DNA of 64,000 nt. Origin: Anolis carolinensis (Eukaryota). The stretch lies in the NCBI RefSeq assembly GCF_035594765.1, contig NC_085841.1, positions 18,893,636-18,957,635 on the forward strand, in the 5' to 3' direction. Shown one piece after another: positions 58,197-64,000 of this stretch; position 1 is the stretch's first letter, and each line of letters starts with the position of its first letter. The notes beneath the pieces are model-generated. The model was given only the letters and a program-made list of their open reading frames with translations. It did no database searches and was not told the DNA's origin. The position numbers were made by a program, and so were the translations under genes.

Positions 58197-58353
58197 CAGG
58201 CAGGGGCCAAGTTTCCCTCCAGGTGTTTTGGACTTCAACTCCCACCATTCCTAACAGCATCAGGCCCTTTCCTTTTGGGCCTGATGCTGTTAGGAATGGT
58301 GGGAGTTGAAGTCCAAAACACCTGGAGGGAAGGCCCAAGTTGGCTCAGGCCTG
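58197..58353. mobile_element. Palindromic MITE family A
   Basis: Perfect 55-bp stem with 9-nt loop at 58213-58331. Confidence 0.88.
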
Positions 58354-58374
58354 AGTTAGATGAATTAAAAAATT

Positions 58375-59072
58375 GGGTTGCTATGAGATTTCGGGGCTGT
58401 ATAGCCATGTTCCAGAAGCATTCTCGCCCGACGTTTTGCCCACATCTACGGCAGGCATCCTCAGGTTGTGAGGTCGTTTGGAAACTAGGCAAGTGGGGTT
58501 TATATATCTGTGGAATGTTGTCCATGTTGGGAGAAAGAACTCTTTTTGTCTGTTGGAGGCACGTGTGAATGTTGCAATTAATCACCCTGATTAGCATTGA
58601 AAATTCTTGCAGCTTCAAGGCCTGGCTGATTCCTGCCTGGGGGGATCCTCTGCAGATACCTGCCATAGCTGTAAGCGAAATGCCAGGAGAGAATGCTTCT
58701 GGAACATGGCCATACACGGGAGCCCCCGGTGGTGCTGTGGGTTAAACTCTTGTGCCGGCAGGACTGATGACTTGAAGGTTGGGTTGCTGACTTGAAGGGT
58801 GCCGGTTCGAATCCAACCTGGGGAGAGCGTGGATGAGCTCCCTCTATCAGCTCCAGCTCCATGTGGGGACATGAGAGATGCCTCCCACAAAGATGGTAAA
58901 AACATTTTAAAAAATACCATCAGGGCATCCCCTTGGCAACATCCTTGCAGACAGCCAATTCTCTCACACCAGAAGCAGTTTCTCAAGTTGCTCTTGACAC
59001 AAAAAAATGACCATACAGCCCGGAAATCTCACAGCAACCCAGTGATTCCAGCCATTAAAGCCTTCAACAACA
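58375..59072. mobile_element. Penelope inverted terminal-repeat pair (58375-58646 minus, 58647-59072 plus)
   Basis: Inverted pLTR arrangement; two degenerate hammerhead motifs; plus-strand arm interrupted by a SINE. Confidence 0.85.
58718..59007 (+). mobile_element. tRNA-derived SINE with Vingi-like tail (full length)
   Basis: A/B boxes, A tail, near TSD TGGCCATACA/TGACCATACA. Confidence 0.88.
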
Positions 59073-59155
59073 ATAAAAATTGTGTTATTATTATTATTAT
59101 TCTTGCCCTGCCTTTTTTGTTAGTAACTTTCACTTTTTCCTTACCTTTAGGAAAT

Positions 59156-59283
59156 ATGACCAAGTGGCAGAAGAAGACTCCTCTGGAATGGCTGGATTAT
59201 GTGAATAAGGAAGTCAAAGTGCACGCGGAGGAAAGGCATGAATATAAGGGATGGGTTTTAACAGTGGACCCAGTGTCTGCCAA
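59156..59283 (+). CDS. GEMIN6: GEMIN6 coding exon 1
   Basis: tag|GAAAT ATG...GCC AA|gtaagt. Confidence 0.95.
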
Positions 59284-61981
59284 GTAAGTGTGAGTTTTCG
59301 AGAAGGATAGGAATCATTGTCATTTAGGAGATAGCAAAAGGACAGTGGAAATACTGTCCTTCATCACTGCCTACTAGTAAAAAATGGTTTAAGTTTGATC
59401 AGGGAATTGCTGTGGATACAAGGTCTAGCAGAAATGTGAGAGCATCATTAAAAGCTCTGTTTTTCATAACATTGCCAAGGCTGAGGTTTTAAAAGATGGA
59501 TCTAGATCAGGCATGGGCAAACTTCGGCCCTCTGAGTGTTTTGGACTCCAGCTCCCACAATTCCTAACAGCCGGTAGGAGACCTCGGTGGCACAATGGGT
59601 TAAACCCTTGTGCCGGCAGGATTGCTGACCTGAAGGTTGGGTTGCTGACCTGAAGATTGCCAGTTCAAATCCGGGGAGCTCCCCATGCGGGGACATAAGA
59701 GAAGCCTCCCACAGGATGGTAAAACATCAAATATCTGGGTGTTCCCTGGGCAGTGTCCTTGCAGACGGCCAATTCTGTCATACCAGAAGCAACTTGCAAT
59801 TTCTCAAGTCGCTCCTGACAAGAAAAAAAATCTTTTCCCTTTAAGCCTTCCCAATAACTCATTCCTAGATGCTTTTACAATTGCTAATGTGTGGAGGCAG
59901 GCTACAGTTGTTCAGTGGACAGATAGTGGGAAACTCCTGAACCTTTCTTATACGCCCATTTTAATCTTTGTTCTGTGTATATTATATATATGTATTTAAT
60001 GCAAATACACTTTAATATGTCTTTTACATGATGTTTTCTAATTATGTGTTTTTAACTGTTGCCCTGCCTTGAGAGGTGGGTAAAAAATAAACATTATTTT
60101 TATTATTATTTATTTGCTATTTCTTTTGAATGGGTAAAGAGGTAAGGGATGTTGCTGAGGAGATTATTAATATTATGTTTATATCCCACTTTTTTCCCAT
60201 ACGGAGACTAAAAGTGGCTTACAACTAAAGCATAGCAATACAACTTAAAATATATAAATATACAAGTATTAAAACAGTACTGAACATAATTAAAAGCATA
60301 TAAAACCACAGCAGCCCCTGGCGATCTTAAAAACTTTCATCTTTAGAAGCCTACTTGAATAAAACGATTTTAGCCTGCTACCGGAAGGACAGCAGGTAGG
60401 GGGCCATTCTGGCTTCCCTGGGAAGAAGGGAGTTTCAGAGTCGAGGGACAGCCACCGAGAAGGTAGGCCCGCTCCCTCTCATTCCCACCAACCTAGAGAA
60501 GGGCCTCTCTTGAAGATCTTAGGGCCTGGGCAGGTTCGTGCAAGGAGACACAATCAGCCAAATAGCTGGACCTAAACTGTCTTAAAGCTTTAAAGGTCAT
60601 AACCAGCACTTTGAATTGTGCTCAGAAACAGGCTTGGCAGCCAGTGGAGCTGTTTCAAAAAGGGGGGTTGTCCACTCCCTGCAGCCAGTCCCAGTGAGCA
60701 ATCTGGCTGCAGCTCTTTGGACCAGCTGATATTTTTGAGCAGTCTTCAGAGGCAGCCCCACATGGAGCGCATTATAGCAATTCAGACGGGCTGTAACTAA
60801 GGCATGGACCACCGTGGCCAGATCTGGCTTCTCAAGGAACGGGCACAGTTGGCGCACAAGTTTTAATTGTGTAAAGGCCTTCCTGGCCACTGCCAACACC
60901 TGGGCCTCCAGATTCAATACCAAGTCCAGGAGCAACCCCAAACTGTGAACCTTTTGTAGTTAAAAGAAGTTAAGAGATGTAGTTAAAAGAAGCAGGGTGA
61001 CCTTGCAGTTCCAAATAGACTTCCAATGTTTTATTTACATTATTATTTCTGCTGTTATTTTTGTATGACATTTGCTATATTGAGATTTGATATTTATCAT
61101 GCAAAGGGGAAAGTTTTATGAACCAAGATTGTCCTACTGAAATATTTAGATCTCTCACTTGGTCAGTATTTCTGAGAAAAGGATGCCATGTTTGGTTTAG
61201 TTAATTTTTTCTCCACTCTTATTTATATGATTTAAGGGAAAGCTATTGGTTGGATTTCAATTGCCTTGACCTTGTGTGTAGATGAACGTGTATAAACATA
61301 AATTCAACATGGGGTCTTACTTTCAATAAGTACATATTGTACTTTTAATAAGTAAAATATATTTTTCTTATATATTTGTATTTGGAGCTGGAGTATCACA
61401 GCATCTGAAAACATGTCACAATATGGAAGATGTCGTATGAAGAATAGACCAGTTTATGATACTTTTGTAATCCATTAGATTGTGATAGTTAATTGTTCCA
61501 AGTACTTGTAGTAACTAATGTAAACTGCAGATCTGATACTCTCTGTAGCATATAATTATATGCCCCCTGAGACTCATTAAAATGTGTGTCAATCTGTCTT
61601 GACAGCATTCTTCTGGCAAATCTTTCTGAGAATGGGAAAATGTCTATCTTGGCCATTTTGGGACATGCAGTACAGGATGTTGAAATAGTGGCTGAAGCAG
61701 ATGATGAGATGAAGGAGAAGCTTGCACACCTTTTCATGCCTGAAAAAAGCCCAACTTATAGCCATGAAGAGTTGGATCAAAAGAAAAACAGTTTAAAGAG
61801 CTGGCTGGAGAAAAACCATATCCCTGTAGAAGAACAAGGAGAATTGCAATCAACATTGTGTGTGGCAGGGGTGTTAACTATTAACCCACCATATGGGCCA
61901 AAAGACTGCAATAGTTCCAATGAAATAATTTTGTCTAGGGTTCAACAGTTAGTAGAAAGTTATCTTGCACTTCAGCAATGA
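59156..61981 (+). CDS. GEMIN6: Gem-associated protein 6 (SMN complex), 167 aa
   Basis: join(59156-59283,61606-61981)=504 nt; W.KKTPLEW, GWVLTVDPVSAN, LCVAGVLTINPPY, SSNEIILSRVQ. Confidence 0.96.
59508..59829 (+). mobile_element. Half MITE A (59508-59576) abutting a Vingi-tail SINE (59577-59829)
   Basis: MITE left arm ends at its centre, then SINE head GGAGACCTCGGTGGC...; A tail. Confidence 0.8.
60170..60951 (-). mobile_element. L2 LINE 3' fragment
   Basis: LATVVHALVTARLNCYNALHVGLPLK...LVQRAAARLLTG. Confidence 0.88.
61606..61981 (+). CDS. GEMIN6: GEMIN6 coding exon 2
   Basis: cag|C ATT CTT...CAG CAA TGA. Confidence 0.95.
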
Positions 61982-62164
61982 TGGATACAACTGCAAAACC
62001 TATGTAGTATTTGTTATATTTTCCCTCACCTTAGAGCTAATTATATATTTTCATACGAAAACAAGCATTGTCCTTTCTTTTCCTTTTGGATTCTGGAAAA
62101 GTTCACTTTTATATAAAACTAGCAAATATACACAGCATTGCCAAACTATGCATTGTCTTTATGC

Positions 62165-62331
62165 CTCATTCTCTCCTTCCTCAATTTCCTTCATACACCT
62201 TCACCCTTTTTTCTTTCCTTTCTCTTCACTTTTCCTTTTTTCTTCCTCTTCTTTTTTCCTCCCCCCTCCCCTTCATACCTTTCCCTTTTTTCTTTCTTCT
62301 CCCCTTCCTTCCTTCTCTCTTCCCTTTCCTT
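62165..62331 (+). repeat. Polypyrimidine (C/T) low-complexity tract
   Basis: About 165 nt almost free of purines. Confidence 0.85.
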
Positions 62332-63483
62332 CGTGGCACTTAATACTATCAAAGTATTAAGGAGATTTCTAAAGTATGTAACACAGTATAGAGCCAAAAA
62401 AATATCTAAGCAAGCATGCTGTTTTCCATTTGTCTTAAATATCTGTAAATCTTGAAACTGTTACAACTGCTATGCCCACCTCCAGGTTTATAGATTCCCT
62501 GGAAAGGAGTATGTTTGACTGTGTTAGCCCCCAAAATACCAACCTTTGCAGATTGACAGCATCCTGACTCAAATGTTTGTAAGACGCAGAAGACTGGGGT
62601 GTTTTCAAGTGACATCAAGAACAAGTATTGGAGAGATTCCCCCTAGTTTTTCAAGGTGCCCCATGACTAGGAGAACACTACAGATATAATTACAAAATGC
62701 ATTGATTTCTTAGAACCACTTTGGTTGTGGAGCTGCCAAAGTAGGTTTTAGAAGCTGAAAATCAATCAGTCACCATAAATATGCACAACCAACAGTTATA
62801 AAATATCAGATCTAGCTTATGATTTCATGACTGCTGAGCAGTATGCTAGCTAATATTTGCAGAATTTGATACTGCAGCAGCTTGTGGCAATGTAGTATTA
62901 AATATCCCCATGAAAATAAGCCTCCACCTGAAGCCTTTTAATTGTTATGAGGCATTAGTGAAATTTTAGACAGACTTTATTTACCTTGAAAATTCCACCT
63001 TATTGCACATTCATAAGGCTAGTTGTTGTGTGCCTTCCAGGCTGTTTCCGACTTATAGTGACCCAGAGCTGAAAGTGTCATTCAGCAGGCTTCTGTATGA
63101 GACTTTAGTGTGGGGTGCTTAAAGCTGTTCATACAAACTTGAATGATAAAATCTAATTTAAAAGTAGATTCCTGACTGTTGAACAAACCATGGTTTAACC
63201 ATACAAATCTATCCACACTGTAAGAGCTAGAGACAAGCAGTTTGTTGTCTGTGACTGGCATTACATAAATTTGGGCTTAGGGTTCACAGACTGATACTGA
63301 AGCATAATCCTTCCCTAGTCAGTTTCTTGAAAAAAATATCAAATTTTTCAAAAAAACAAAATACGACAAAATTCAATGACCATATCTTTTTATAAATAAA
63401 TTTTACTGATCACTACTGAACTCTCAAGGTGAAATACAGTAATTCCTCAATGTTGTAATTCGTTGCTAGCAGATAGTTTAGAC

Positions 63484-63618
63484 CAGAGGTTCTCAACCTG
63501 GGGTCCCCAAATGTTTTTGGCCTACAACTCCCAGAAATCCCAGCCACTTTACCAGCTGTTAGGTTTTCTGGGAGTTGAAGGCCAAAAACATCTGGGAAAC
63601 CCAGGTTGAGAACCACTG
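63484..63618. mobile_element. hAT MITE family B
   Basis: TIRs plus perfect 8-bp TSD GTTTAGAC. Confidence 0.92.
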
Positions 63619-64000
63619 GTTTAGACCAAAACAGTGATTATACATTCCATCCCCAAAATACTGGTCTACTATTATTTTTTAAGAAAAATCTTTAAATGAT
63701 GCACACCGGGAACATCTGTCAAAGGACTGACAATAGTCATAAGGCATGCCTTTAATTTTGGCAGGTTTGTACTATGCAAGTGGATTGTGCTTGTTTATAA
63801 AAAGCTGCCATGCTGATCAACTCCATAGGGTATAACAGTCTGTATTAAAAAAACACAACCTCCTTGTACACAACTCTCTATGTAAGGTCTTGCAGGCTTG
63901 GAAGCCAGCAGTGCTCCAACATGGATGTACTAGCATTAACGTTTACCTCACCTTAGCAAATACCGCTCCACTTCACTCCTGTGGAAACAACTACATGTTC

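Noticed and set aside
58718-58815. tRNA-like A/B boxes (GGTTCGAATCC), also at 55206, 17482 and 34426
   Set aside because: SINE heads followed by SINE bodies and tails; no complete cloverleaf.
58799-59155. Long N-terminal extension of the GEMIN6 ORF
   Set aside because: SINE/Penelope-derived intron sequence upstream of the acceptor at 59151; the real start is 59156.
61965-62455. F/S/L/P-rich and K/E/R-rich ORFs
   Set aside because: Produced by the polypyrimidine low-complexity tract.
62406-62624. Possible DHX57 last exon or other minus-strand CDS
   Set aside because: No resemblance to the DHX57 C-terminus I recall, and no convincing exon chain.

Overview
Vertebrate nuclear DNA, almost certainly an anole lizard (Anolis-type Sauria SINE, SINE2, Penelope, Vingi, Bov-B, CR1, L2 and MITE repeats). 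It holds the syntenic block HNRNPLL(-), GALM(+), SRSF7(-), GEMIN6(+). HNRNPLL exons 1-12 are present and its last exon lies left of the window; the other three CDSs are complete. Highlights: (1) a decayed ~11-exon gene I cannot identify (candidate unitary pseudogene) head-to-head with HNRNPLL, behind a duplicated RFX-like X-box, with one exon split by a Penelope insertion that itself carries a solo LTR. (2) Seven Penelope hammerhead-ribozyme motifs, two with intact cores. (3) A U12 AT-AC intron and a candidate poison exon plus CA-rich block in HNRNPLL. (4) Two N-runs that appear to cover the conserved SRSF7 poison exon. (5) Perfect MITE palindromes just downstream of the first exons of HNRNPLL and GEMIN6. 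Exon coordinates were read by hand from splice sites. Repeat family names and ortholog comparisons are from memory, and repeat edges are approximate.
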